Assembly (NCBI GenBank): GCA_035438625.1
Contig: DAORIS010000001.1
Location: 56,104 to 120,103 of the forward strand
Direction of reading: 5' to 3'
Origin: Minisyncoccota bacterium
GTDB lineage: Bacteria > Patescibacteriota > Minisyncoccia > Phycocordibacterales > DAORIS01
Length of the DNA: 64,000 nucleotides
In this document: piece after piece, positions 10,132 through 19,481 of the stretch
How positions within the stretch are numbered: position 1 is the stretch's first letter
Layout: each line of letters begins with the position of its first letter
Position numbers and translations under genes: made by a program
Notes under the pieces: generated by a model
Databases searched by the model: none
Told to the model about the DNA's origin: nothing
What the model saw: the letters and a program-made list of their open reading frames with translations, nothing else

Positions 10132-10166
10132 AAAGCCCCTGAAACACCTGTTTCTAGGGCTTTTTC
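10132..10166 (+). terminator. Intrinsic terminator
   Basis: AAAGCCC..GAAAC/GTTTC..GGGCTTT plus T-run. Confidence 0.65.
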
Positions 10167-10194
10167 TTATACTCAGTTTTCCCTTGGAGAAAAC

Positions 10195-10223
10195 TTGCTT
10201 TTTTAATACAAGTGTTGTATAAT
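10195..10223 (+). promoter_or_regulatory. Sigma70-type promoter of the PEP-CTERM gene
   Basis: TTGCTT-17 nt-TATAAT. Confidence 0.65.
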
Positions 10224-10285
10224 TTCTTGTCAGAAGCTGCCACAATGTGTGGCTGCAACATTCCTTGTCTTGAAAAGGAGCTCCC

Positions 10286-10930
10286 ATGTTTCGACAGATC
10301 GTATCCGTTGTGACCTGCGTTGCAGCCACTATATTCTCGTTCCTCTCGACCCAGTCTGCGCACGCGGCGCCCATTACGGCAACCATCACCGGTACCGGTT
10401 CTGGACAGCTCAAAACATCAGGTCCAGTTCCTTTCACTTCATTTACTCAAAAAGCATTTGAAGTGACACTTATTGGCGATACCTCCAGTGTCGAACTGGA
10501 AATATTGCCACCGATTGGACCCTGGCCGGCAATGAATGTGCAAATCATGCCAGCACTTGAAGCGACGCTTCGACTCAACAATGGCACCCCGTACGAGATC
10601 TCGAACCCAACTCAAGCATTCTACAATGAGCACTTCGGCATCGTTGGTTTCAGCAAGCTGACACCAGGCGGCGTAAACGACTTCCTCAACGTCGAAGCCG
10701 GGAGCGCATTAGTTGGGTTCTCATTCAATTCCAACGTGCTCGTGACTGACCCAACTCCTCCCGAGTGGACACTCGATTTCTTTGACCTGCAATTTTCAAA
10801 CGGCGGTCGAATCATTATGGATGACTTTACTGGATCCATGACGTTTCGAACAACCGGCGTCTCTCCTGAACCCAGTTCAGCACTTTTCGGGATTATGTGT
10901 GTACTCTTTACCCGCCGATCGAAGCGTTGA
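10286..10930 (+). CDS. Secreted PEP-CTERM-type protein
   Basis: Signal peptide ending AHA; C-terminal SPEPSS + hydrophobic stretch + RRSKR; SD AAAGGAG. Confidence 0.8.
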   Translation: MFRQIVSVVTCVAATIFSFLSTQSAHAAPITATITGTGSGQLKTSGPVPFTSFTQKAFEVTLIGDTSSVELEILPPIGPWPAMNVQIMPALEATLRLNNGTPYEISNPTQAFYNEHFGIVGFSKLTPGGVNDFLNVEAGSALVGFSFNSNVLVTDPTPPEWTLDFFDLQFSNGGRIIMDDFTGSMTFRTTGVSPEPSSALFGIMCVLFTRRSKR

Positions 10931-10963
10931 ATCCTCAAACGCACGACTGGTACAGAACCTAGA

Positions 10964-10989
10964 GCCGACCATGGATGGTCGGTTTTTTT
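10964..10989 (+). terminator. Intrinsic terminator
   Basis: GCCGACCAT-GG-ATGGTCGGT plus T-run. Confidence 0.75.
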
Positions 10990-11008
10990 GTTGTATTATA
11001 ATCAGACC

Positions 11009-11965
11009 ATGAAAGACACCCGAAAAACCCTCCTCTCAGGCGTAAAGCCGACTGGTAGACCACATATTGGAAATTACTTTGGAGCAATGAAACAGTTTGC
11101 TGATATGCAGCATGAGTTTAACTCGATCTACATGATCGCTGATTATCATGCACTAAACACAACACAGAGCAAAAATGAGATGCGAGAAAGCATTCTTGAT
11201 GTTGCGCTTGATTACTTGGCAATTGGACTTGATCCAAAAAAGTCAGTTATCTTTAAACAGTCAGATGTTTCAGCACATACTGAGCTCGCATGGATTTTTG
11301 ACACTCTTACAACCATGCCATATTTGATGCGCGCGCACGCATTTAAAGATGCTGAAGCAAAAAACAAGGAAATTAATGTTGGTACATTTAATTATCCAAT
11401 GCTCATGGCTGCAGATATTCTTCTATACGATGCAGATGTTGTACCAGTTGGACAAGACCAGAAGCAACACATTGAAATTGCACGCGACACTGCTGAGAAA
11501 TTCAATCGAGTGTTTAAAGAAGATGTGTTCACAGTGCCTGAGCCGTTAATAATGGAATCAGTGGCTGTTGTTCCCGGAACTGACGGACAGAAGATGAGCA
11601 AGAGTTATGGAAACACAATTCCACTTTTTGCAATACGCGAAGAGATTACTAAAGCAGTCATGAGTATTGTTACTGACTCTTCAGGTGGAGTTCCACAAAA
11701 CGTATACGCAATTCACGCACTTATCAAAGACAAACCATCACTTGATGCACTATATGAAGAGAAAGCAGGGAAGTATAAGGACCTAAAGGAAGCATTGATT
11801 GAAGACCTGGATGCCTTTATTGCACCCTTACGTGCAAGACGAGATGCACTTGCACAAGACGAACAATCTGTCATTTCTATCCTTACTGAAGGTGGAGAGC
11901 GCGCAAAAGCTATTGCGGAAGAGAAAATGAAGTTGGTCAGAAAGGCTATTGGTGTGACTTTATAA
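11009..11965 (+). CDS. trpS: Tryptophan--tRNA ligase
   Basis: HIGNY, PVGQDQKQH, KMSKS; TATAAT 6 nt before ATG 11009. Confidence 0.96.
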   Translation: MKDTRKTLLSGVKPTGRPHIGNYFGAMKQFADMQHEFNSIYMIADYHALNTTQSKNEMRESILDVALDYLAIGLDPKKSVIFKQSDVSAHTELAWIFDTLTTMPYLMRAHAFKDAEAKNKEINVGTFNYPMLMAADILLYDADVVPVGQDQKQHIEIARDTAEKFNRVFKEDVFTVPEPLIMESVAVVPGTDGQKMSKSYGNTIPLFAIREEITKAVMSIVTDSSGGVPQNVYAIHALIKDKPSLDALYEEKAGKYKDLKEALIEDLDAFIAPLRARRDALAQDEQSVISILTEGGERAKAIAEEKMKLVRKAIGVTL

Positions 11966-12031
11966 AAACTTTATCAAATCTTCATTTCTGATTTGGCAGA
12001 ATATCTGGATTAGTAGTGTAACGATCGTACA

Positions 12032-12301
12032 ATGCCAAGAAAAAGCACCGAGGAGCAAATTGAAGAACTAGCTCTAGCTGTCGGGAGAGGATTTGAGCAT
12101 ATGACAAATCTTTTTAACCAAAAATTTAAAGAGATAGATTTAAAATTTGCTGCTATTGATTTAAGATTTGATGCAATTGATAAAAGATTTGCTCTTATGG
12201 ATAAAAGGTTTGAGGTGATAGAGATAAGACTTGATAGCATTGAAAAGCGATTGGATAACATAGAAGAGCGTCTTGAACAACTAGAATTCAGATATAGCTA
12301 G
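12032..12301 (+). CDS. Heptad-repeat coiled-coil protein (xxIDxRF repeats)
   Basis: FKEIDLK-FAAIDLR-FDAIDKR-FALMDKR-FEVIEIR-LDSIEKR-LDNIEER. Confidence 0.75.
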   Translation: MPRKSTEEQIEELALAVGRGFEHMTNLFNQKFKEIDLKFAAIDLRFDAIDKRFALMDKRFEVIEIRLDSIEKRLDNIEERLEQLEFRYS

Positions 12302-12323
12302 CAATTGACGATTATTACGATTG

Positions 12324-12356
12324 AAACCCCTCCAGACATACATGGAGGGGGTTTTT
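12324..12356 (+). terminator. Intrinsic terminator
   Basis: CCCCTCCA...TGGAGGGG followed by a T-run. Confidence 0.7.
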
Positions 12357-12386
12357 CTGTACCATTAGGCTATAATTGCAACACAA

Positions 12387-13157
12387 ATGGCAGCATATAG
12401 CATTAAAACTGATGTATACGAAGGTCCACTTGAAGCACTCCTTGACCTCGTTGAAAAACGTAAACTGTTCATCAACGACATATCACTTGCCTCAGTTACT
12501 GACGACTTTATCGCATACGTAGAATCTCTTGGTGGTGGGAAACAAGAAGACGGCACTATGGTTTCTCCATATCCAATTGAAGAGACATCTGAATTTCTGG
12601 TCATTGCCTCAACACTTTTATTAATCAAATCACGATCACTCCTTCCAAACCTTTCTCTTACCGAATCAGAAGCAGCAGACGTTGAAGACCTGGAGGTACG
12701 GTTAAGGCTCCTTCAAACATTTAAAGAGGCAGCACAGGTATTAGGAAGTCATCTGAAAGGTGCTGGATATTGCTATGCACCACTAAACACCCGTGCGTTT
12801 CGTGCAGAACCACGCTTTTCTCCCCACAGCTCCTTGACCCTCCCTGGGCTTCTAGAAGCCGCCTGGAGGGCCATTTCCCTTGTGCCTAAGGTAGAAGAGC
12901 GGCCACAGGTAAATGTCAAAAAGGTGATCTCTCTCGAGGAAACAATTAGCCGGTTAGCAGAACGGGTCACCGCTGCGCTTTCAACAAGCTTTAGGGAATT
13001 CTCTGGGTATGGTACAAAGGAAAAGACTGATGTAATTATTGGCTTTCTTGCACTTCTTGAGCTTGTGAAGCGAGGGGTTATAATTGCCAAGCAGCACGAC
13101 CATTTTGCTGACATAACACTTGAGTCAGAAAAAGTATCAGTACCAAACTATGCATAA
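12387..13157 (+). CDS. scpA: Segregation and condensation protein A
   Basis: YEGPLEALLDL, LLIKSRSLLP, FLALLELVK. Confidence 0.92.
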   Translation: MAAYSIKTDVYEGPLEALLDLVEKRKLFINDISLASVTDDFIAYVESLGGGKQEDGTMVSPYPIEETSEFLVIASTLLLIKSRSLLPNLSLTESEAADVEDLEVRLRLLQTFKEAAQVLGSHLKGAGYCYAPLNTRAFRAEPRFSPHSSLTLPGLLEAAWRAISLVPKVEERPQVNVKKVISLEETISRLAERVTAALSTSFREFSGYGTKEKTDVIIGFLALLELVKRGVIIAKQHDHFADITLESEKVSVPNYA

Positions 13158-13158
13158 T

Positions 13159-13728
13159 ATGAAAGACGAATCACAAATTAAAAACATTTCCCAACTTGTT
13201 GAAGCATTGCTCTTTTGGGCTGCAGAACCAGTTCCCAAAGCAGAGCTACAGAAAAAGGTTGGAACATTTATTAATTCTGAAGTTACCGAAGAAGACCTTG
13301 CGCTTGCGCTTGCTGACATGGAAAGCCGTCTTTCTGCAATCGGATCTGCAATACGAGCAACAGTGAGTGAACAAGATGTAGAACTTCGTCTTTCAAGTGA
13401 TGTCTCAGATTTTATAAGCTCCCTTGAGTCAGGTGAGCGAGACCGCGACCTCGGAAAAGCTGGACTTGAGACACTTGCAATCATTCTCTATGAAAACGGA
13501 GCATCAAGAAGGCGTATTGAGCATGTGCGTGGAGTAAATGCACAATTTACCCTCCGTAGCCTACTCATGAGAGGATTGATCGCGAAGACTGAGAAAGAAG
13601 GGGAGCGAGGTGCACGATACATTGCAACCCCTGAGACATTTGCCTTTTTAGGTATATCATCAGCGGCAGACCTTCCAGAATTTACTGCTATTAAAGAAAA
13701 ACTCAATGCCGTCTCGGATAAGGAATAA
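13159..13728 (+). CDS. scpB: Segregation and condensation protein B
   Basis: VEALLF, LETLAIILY, IEHVRGVN, LGISSAADLP; start may instead be 13150. Confidence 0.9.
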   Translation: MKDESQIKNISQLVEALLFWAAEPVPKAELQKKVGTFINSEVTEEDLALALADMESRLSAIGSAIRATVSEQDVELRLSSDVSDFISSLESGERDRDLGKAGLETLAIILYENGASRRRIEHVRGVNAQFTLRSLLMRGLIAKTEKEGERGARYIATPETFAFLGISSAADLPEFTAIKEKLNAVSDKE

Positions 13729-14875
13729 GATTAGGAATCAGAAATTAAAATTTCCTAAAACTATTATTGATAGTGCATTTGTCTTGGGATTAATTATCGC
13801 TCCCGCAATTATCTTTGCATCTGAAAAAGTTGGTGGTATGGATAGGCTCGCTGGAGCATTTGGTTCACAAGCGAATATTCAAAATATTCAAACAGTATCT
13901 CAAGAACCTGAGATACAAGGACCAGAGACAATTATATACGTAGCTCCAATACAAGACATTGCGGAACAAACCCCGGTTGATCCAACACCTCTTCCAAATA
14001 TTGTTGTCGAGAATCAGGAACCACATTCTCCTATAATTCCCAAAAAGGAAATTGTTACAGAGGCACCCACAAAACCAACAGATCCATTTTCCAGTATCAC
14101 CCTACGTGCCGCTTCAGCAATTGTCTTTGATGTTGAGCACGACAAAGTAATATTTGAAAAAAACGCAGATACATCACGACCACTTGCGTCGATTACAAAA
14201 GTAGTTACTGCACTCGTTGCAGCTGAAGAAGCCAAGCGTGCAGAGGAAGCGGGTATTCCGGTACAACTTGCAATCCGTGCCGAAGACTTAGCACAAGATG
14301 GTGATAGTGGATTACTCCAAGGAGAATTATGGAATGTGGATAAATTGAGTGATTTAACACTCGTTGTTTCATCAAACGATGGTGCTGAGGCTCTTACACA
14401 AGTAGCGGGAGATAGGGGGACGTTTATTCAGCATATGAATGAATTAGTTTCGCGACTCAAGCTCTCATCAATGAGTTTTTTCAATCCATCAGGACTCGAT
14501 GAATCTACCAGTCGTGCGGGTGGCTACGGAAGTGCCCGAGATGTCGCAACATTATTCACTCACGTAGTTCGGTCAAAGGATCCGATTTTAGACGCAACTC
14601 GATACAAGACATTCTCTGTGGCAAGCGACACAGCTGCACATGATGTGAAAAACACAAACGCTGCCATTGGCTCAATTCCTGGCCTAATCGCCTCAAAAAC
14701 AGGCTACAGTGACCTTGCTGGAGGAAACTTGGCAGTTGCATTTGATGCTGGAATCGGAAGGATAGTTGTTGCAGTAGTGCTTGGTTCTACATATAGCGGC
14801 AGATTTGATGATATGCGTGCGCTCGTCGATGCGGTACTTCGCACGAGGGGTGAGTCAGTAGAATCAGGTATATAG
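13706..14875 (+). CDS. D-alanyl-D-alanine carboxypeptidase (peptidase S11)
   Basis: ASITK (SxxK), SSN, KTG motifs; N-terminal TM and Pro-rich linker. Confidence 0.9.
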   Translation: MPSRIRNKIRNQKLKFPKTIIDSAFVLGLIIAPAIIFASEKVGGMDRLAGAFGSQANIQNIQTVSQEPEIQGPETIIYVAPIQDIAEQTPVDPTPLPNIVVENQEPHSPIIPKKEIVTEAPTKPTDPFSSITLRAASAIVFDVEHDKVIFEKNADTSRPLASITKVVTALVAAEEAKRAEEAGIPVQLAIRAEDLAQDGDSGLLQGELWNVDKLSDLTLVVSSNDGAEALTQVAGDRGTFIQHMNELVSRLKLSSMSFFNPSGLDESTSRAGGYGSARDVATLFTHVVRSKDPILDATRYKTFSVASDTAAHDVKNTNAAIGSIPGLIASKTGYSDLAGGNLAVAFDAGIGRIVVAVVLGSTYSGRFDDMRALVDAVLRTRGESVESGI

Positions 14876-14890
14876 GCGTATAATCTCACT

Positions 14891-15226
14891 ATGGAAAAAT
14901 TTGAGCACATGGGCGAAAACGAAAGATCGGAACAAGATATTTTGATTGATAAATTTATATTCGACGACATCTCTGAAGATGAAATCGTTGCACTTATTGT
15001 TGAGAGAAATAGCCCTGATTTTAAAGAAAAGATACTTAAAGAAATCGATTTTGTAATCAGTGTTTATAATAAATCGAAAGACTTACCTCTAGATGGAGGG
15101 ATTGCACTTCCAAGTGATAACCCCGAGGAAGATGAAATGGCAACACAGGCCTGGGAAGAAGAATCGGAAGAGACGACTGAAAAACTCAATCGTCTCCGTG
15201 CACACTTAGAAAGAATAGTATTGTAA
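14891..15226 (+). CDS. Acidic hypothetical protein
   Basis: ORF fills the gap; TATAAT 6 nt before the ATG. Confidence 0.65.
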   Translation: MEKFEHMGENERSEQDILIDKFIFDDISEDEIVALIVERNSPDFKEKILKEIDFVISVYNKSKDLPLDGGIALPSDNPEEDEMATQAWEEESEETTEKLNRLRAHLERIVL

Positions 15227-15236
15227 CTAACATTTT

Positions 15237-16307
15237 ATGATTTCAGACGTCGTCAAAGTATTCCTGCCATTCATCATTTCATTTTGTATTGGTATTGCGA
15301 TCACTCCATTTTGGACACACTATTTGTATGCAAATAAACTATGGAAAAAGAAGGCGGGAAAACTAGCGTCTGATGGAACATCAGCAGTAGTCTTTAATGA
15401 AATCCACAAAGACAAAGAAGTTGGAACACCTCGTCTTGGTGGAGTAATTATTTGGGCAAGTGCAATTATCACCATCGCACTCTTTTGGTTATCAAGGTAC
15501 GTTCTCCCTGAAGGATTAGCAGCAAAGATAGACTTCCTCAGCCGAAGTCAGACATGGATTCCACTCGTTGCACTCATCATCGGAGCACTCATTGGATACG
15601 CTGACGACATGATGGAAATCAAAGGAAGTCGTGATCATCACGCTGGAGGACTATCACTTCGAAAGCGCCTCGCTATTGTTACCGCAATTGGACTATCTGT
15701 TGGAGCATGGTTCTTTTACAAACTTGATGTCGTTTCAATCGGCATTCCATTTTATGGACCACTTTTTGTTGGATTTTTAATCATTCCGATATTTATTTTC
15801 GTACTCCTTGCCATTTACGCGTCAGGTGTGATTGATGGAATTGATGGACTTTCTGGTGGAGTATTTGCATCTGCGTTTGCTGCATATGCTGGTATCGCAT
15901 TCTTCCAAGACCAATATGACATTGCAGCATTTTCAGCAACCATTACAGGAGGAATACTTGCATTCTTATGGTTCAACATTCCACCAGCCAGGTTCTACAT
16001 GACAGAGACAGGTAGCATGGCACTCACCATTACCCTTGGAATTGTCGCCTTCATGACCGACTCACTTGGAGGGGGGATAGGTCTTCTTATTCTACCTATT
16101 GTTGCACTTCCACTTGCTGTCACTGTCTTTACAAACGTCCTTCAGGTACTTTCAAAAAGGATCAGAGGAAAAAAGATCTTTCATGTTGCACCCATTCACC
16201 ATCATTTTGAAGCTCTGGGCTGGCCTTCGTATAAAGTGACGATGAGATACTGGATTATTAGTGTTGTTTCAGCGATTTTCGGTATTGTGATCGCTCTTTT
16301 GGCGTAA
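15237..16307 (+). CDS. mraY: Phospho-N-acetylmuramoyl-pentapeptide transferase
   Basis: GTPRLGG, GYADD, IDGIDGL, APIHHHFEALGW. Confidence 0.9.
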   Translation: MISDVVKVFLPFIISFCIGIAITPFWTHYLYANKLWKKKAGKLASDGTSAVVFNEIHKDKEVGTPRLGGVIIWASAIITIALFWLSRYVLPEGLAAKIDFLSRSQTWIPLVALIIGALIGYADDMMEIKGSRDHHAGGLSLRKRLAIVTAIGLSVGAWFFYKLDVVSIGIPFYGPLFVGFLIIPIFIFVLLAIYASGVIDGIDGLSGGVFASAFAAYAGIAFFQDQYDIAAFSATITGGILAFLWFNIPPARFYMTETGSMALTITLGIVAFMTDSLGGGIGLLILPIVALPLAVTVFTNVLQVLSKRIRGKKIFHVAPIHHHFEALGWPSYKVTMRYWIISVVSAIFGIVIALLA

Positions 16308-16320
16308 ATGGATGTTTAAG

Positions 16321-16348
16321 GTGGGTTCGAGTCCCTGACCCCCCAGCA
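16321..16348 (+). other. Degenerate tRNA 3'-half-like fragment (Leu-like)
   Basis: GTGGGTTCGAGTCCC..ACCCCCCAGCA resembles a T-arm plus acceptor 3' strand; no matching 5' half upstream. Confidence 0.35.
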
Positions 16349-16429
16349 AGCAAAGCTGAGCGGGTTAACAAGACAGGTGGTGGTGTAACGATTAGAGGTG
16401 AGCACCGTCTGGATCAACAAACTGCATCC

Positions 16430-16825
16430 AAATCAACAGATCGTTAGGTGAATCAAAGTTTTGGTTGTGGATAGCCCAATCTTTCTCCATACTGGAGATA
16501 TCACACACTGTTTATTCCCAAAAGGCATGTAGAAAATTTAACAGACATCACTACCGAAGTGTTCCTGGACCATCAGTATTTCCACAGATTGATCATAAAA
16601 CACATGTTGGATTTAGGATTAAAACATTCAGATGGGAAACCAATTGATCAATTTAATACTATGATCAGAGAAAGGTTTGAGGGAATTCCAGATGGTTCAA
16701 AATGCTATAAGCCAAAACACCTACACATACACCTTGTTCCTGACAAGGAAGGAGTTGATAGGTTTGTACTCGATGAAAGTGCAGTACACATTAATATTCA
16801 GAAAATTTCGCTATCTGTAAAGTGA
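16430..16825 (+). pseudogene. Frameshifted HIT-family protein
   Basis: Removing one C near 16475 joins GESKFWLWIA to NLSPYWRYHTLFIPKRHVENL...HLHIHLVP (HIT motifs); the 5' end is further disrupted. Confidence 0.65.
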
Positions 16826-16896
16826 TTCTAAGAATAACTACACAACGCATTCCCAAATTAACACTACGTAGAAAAGGTATACTACCTGGACCACAC

Positions 16897-17397
16897 ATGC
16901 ACCACATACAACTTATTAACTTCGAACATATCAAAGAGAGCGAAGCGTCAACATACACCTTTCGTGAAGCTGTCCGGGCAATAGTATTTGATGCAAATAA
17001 AAAGATAGCGTTACTTCATGCAAAAAAAGATAATTATTTCAAACTACCAGGTGGTGGCATAGAAAAAGATGAGGAAAAAATTGAAGCTTTAAAACGTGAA
17101 TGCAGGGAAGAGCTGGGATGTGAAATTGATATATTTTGTGATCTTGGAATTGTTACCGAAAACAGAAGTAAAAACAAAATGAAGCATATCTCATACTGTT
17201 ACATGGCACATGTTATAGGAGAAAAAGGAACACCACATATGACCGAGAGTGAAATTCGAGAAGGATTCCATGTTATCTGGATTCCAATTACAGAAGCTAT
17301 CTTAAAGTTAGAATCTGTTACAAACACCACATATCCTGGGTCATACATGGTCGCACGAGACCTCGCGTTTCTAAAAATAGGTTCTCATATTTCTTAA
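16897..17397 (+). CDS. NUDIX hydrolase
   Basis: PGGGIEKDEEKIEALKRECREELG; ATG 16897 preferred over GTG 16822. Confidence 0.88.
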   Translation: MHHIQLINFEHIKESEASTYTFREAVRAIVFDANKKIALLHAKKDNYFKLPGGGIEKDEEKIEALKRECREELGCEIDIFCDLGIVTENRSKNKMKHISYCYMAHVIGEKGTPHMTESEIREGFHVIWIPITEAILKLESVTNTTYPGSYMVARDLAFLKIGSHIS

Positions 17398-17533
17398 GCA
17401 CTTAGGACAAGAACTTCGAGTAAGCTGTTGCCAAGATTGGTAATATCTGGTACTGTTTTTGCAGCATATCGTTAAATTTTTGGTTACGTTTGTAGCCGAT
17501 TAGCGAAAGCTGTCCTTTGTTTGGAGGCCTGCT

Positions 17534-17854
17534 ATGATTCGTCGCATTCTTGCGTCTCTGTGCATCTCCGTCCTTTCTGTCCTCTTCATCGTCGGCGCTA
17601 CACCCTCAACGGCTCAAGCAGCTGCGACCCAGGGGTATAACTACTCCTGTGGGGTTGATAATCCCAACAGCACGCAGTGTAGGCGCCAACTGTACCGTGA
17701 AATGCGGAGTTGCCAGCAGAAGATCGTCCAGGGTACACTCGTGTACTCCTGCGAACCAGTCAAAAAGGCCCTACTCGTATCAAATGATGTCGAGATAATG
17801 TTGAGCACGTTCGGCAGTGAAAACAGCAACACCGACGTTACCCCGGCCAGTTAG
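17534..17854 (+). CDS. Secreted small Cys-containing orphan protein
   Basis: Signal peptide (AQA), 4 Cys in the mature part, SD TGGAGG, upstream TTGCCA-17-TACTGT. Confidence 0.72.
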   Translation: MIRRILASLCISVLSVLFIVGATPSTAQAAATQGYNYSCGVDNPNSTQCRRQLYREMRSCQQKIVQGTLVYSCEPVKKALLVSNDVEIMLSTFGSENSNTDVTPAS

Positions 17855-17882
17855 TCTCGGCGCAAAGCCAGGCCAAGCCTGG

Positions 17883-17916
17883 AAGTCAGTAGTTATTCCA
17901 AACTACTGACTTTTTT
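17883..17916 (+). terminator. Intrinsic terminator
   Basis: 12-bp stem AAGTCAGTAGTT/AACTACTGACTT plus T-run. Confidence 0.8.
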
Positions 17917-18043
17917 GTTCGCAGGACAAACAGTGTAGATATTGCTTTTTTTAATATTTGTGGTATAAATATTTTAAGAGTTCTCTGACAAACGTCAGGA
18001 ATATACGTTGAAATTGATTCCACCCTCTAACTCGGGAGTTGTC

Positions 18044-18970
18044 ATGTACAACCAGAAACCAGTAATTGTTGCTGTAATTCTCTTTGTGATATGTGCCATA
18101 ACAATAGGTATGGCAACAGTGATGAGCTACCGCCATAGACCCAAACTTACACTCTCAGACAACTCAGTTGTTGTCGGTAAGTCTGTGTCAGACATCGGTC
18201 GTTATGGCGAACCTGGATATGAATACCTACAGGTTCGCGACCTGGAAGCCAAGCGAGTGTATAAGACACTCACCATGTCGCCCGTAAGTGCAGATCCAGC
18301 GAAACTTGCACCATTGTTTGAGGACTTGATTCGTAGTGAACTTAAGAAGCGTCCAGCTGTTGCACACTATGTAACAGTGAAAATGTTTCAAGAGCTACGA
18401 TCAAAAGTTGCCCTCGTCATTGCAAGTGATAGTGGAATGACACGAGAAAATTATGTCAGCCACTTTCCAGGAGCAAGACCACTACCACCAGAATCTGTTG
18501 TGATGCCGGAAGGCAAAACACCTGAAATGCTTTTCAACGAATTTTACGATGAGAAGTTATCCTCAGGCGTACAACTGCGTTCAATCTGTCTCGATCCAAA
18601 GTCCGTTGCGCTATCTTTCAATTGGTATCGTCTTCCAGATGATGTCCGGCAAGGGTTACTCGATAAGAGTGACCAATACCCAGCATCATTTCTTGGAATG
18701 AACGTTGCGTCAGCGCGAGGTTTCGTGTTTTATCGAAACCCAAACTACGAAGCGCTCATGAAAAAGCAAGCTGAGGTTCTATGCTTCAGTGGTAGCTTCA
18801 TTGTTGAAAGCAACGCACTCGTAACTGGACCAGACGGCAAAGAAAATTATGACAGATATCCTCTGAACATGACCTTTGTGTTTGATCCTGAGACGAAAGA
18901 ATGGTGGCTGGAACATGTCGAGCGAACCGTAAGTGTAGTTGCGAGTAACCAAAAAATCATGGTCAATTAA
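18044..18970 (+). CDS. Membrane-anchored hypothetical protein
   Basis: SD GGGAG before ATG 18044; N-terminal TM; first gene of a 3-gene unit. Confidence 0.75.
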   Translation: MYNQKPVIVAVILFVICAITIGMATVMSYRHRPKLTLSDNSVVVGKSVSDIGRYGEPGYEYLQVRDLEAKRVYKTLTMSPVSADPAKLAPLFEDLIRSELKKRPAVAHYVTVKMFQELRSKVALVIASDSGMTRENYVSHFPGARPLPPESVVMPEGKTPEMLFNEFYDEKLSSGVQLRSICLDPKSVALSFNWYRLPDDVRQGLLDKSDQYPASFLGMNVASARGFVFYRNPNYEALMKKQAEVLCFSGSFIVESNALVTGPDGKENYDRYPLNMTFVFDPETKEWWLEHVERTVSVVASNQKIMVN

Positions 18971-18980
18971 GGAGGTCATC

Positions 18981-19481
18981 GTGTTGAGACAGAAACTCAA
19001 GTCTCTCTTCTTCATGACATTCCCAATCCTGATTGGATTATTACTATTTGGTGTTGCTTTATACAAAGCATCCCACCTAGAAGAATTCGGTCGGTCGGTC
19101 GCTGAATTACCCCTCATTACAAGTGAGACCTTACCAATCTTAACGATTGGAGTCCCAATGGTTGAAGGGTTTCTCGGGATACTGATTCTCATAACTCCCG
19201 CTCACAGGGGAGTGTTAGTCGGTATACCGACCAGCGCACTGTTTCTTGTATTCATTACGTTTCACTTTTGGAGGATTTACGCCGGACTTATAACACCGTG
19301 CAGCTGTGGAATTCCATTGTTTGGCATTCCACCAGAATACCAATCGCATGCGATGATCATCTTCTGCACTATTGTTTTGAACCTCTGCCAACTGTGGTGG
19401 TGGTTCAAAGAAACACCACCCTCAAAGAGCACCACGAAAGAACGTGGTACTCAGAAAGGTCTCTATGAAGGTGCGGTGTAA
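18981..19481 (+). CDS. MauE/DoxX-family membrane protein
   Basis: LYKA...F, VEGFLGILI, PCSCG motif; SD AAGGAGGT before the GTG. Confidence 0.75.
   Translation: MLRQKLKSLFFMTFPILIGLLLFGVALYKASHLEEFGRSVAELPLITSETLPILTIGVPMVEGFLGILILITPAHRGVLVGIPTSALFLVFITFHFWRIYAGLITPCSCGIPLFGIPPEYQSHAMIIFCTIVLNLCQLWWWFKETPPSKSTTKERGTQKGLYEGAV

Noticed and set aside
12120-12290. 21-nt periodicity that could be mistaken for a CRISPR or tandem array
   Set aside because: Explained by degenerate heptad repeats of a coiled-coil protein; no identical repeats with spacers.
16321-16430. Permuted tRNA or two-piece tmRNA (T-arm first, D-arm-like GTGGTGTAACG later)
   Set aside because: No acceptor stem can be formed between the halves, and no tag reading frame or CCA end was found.
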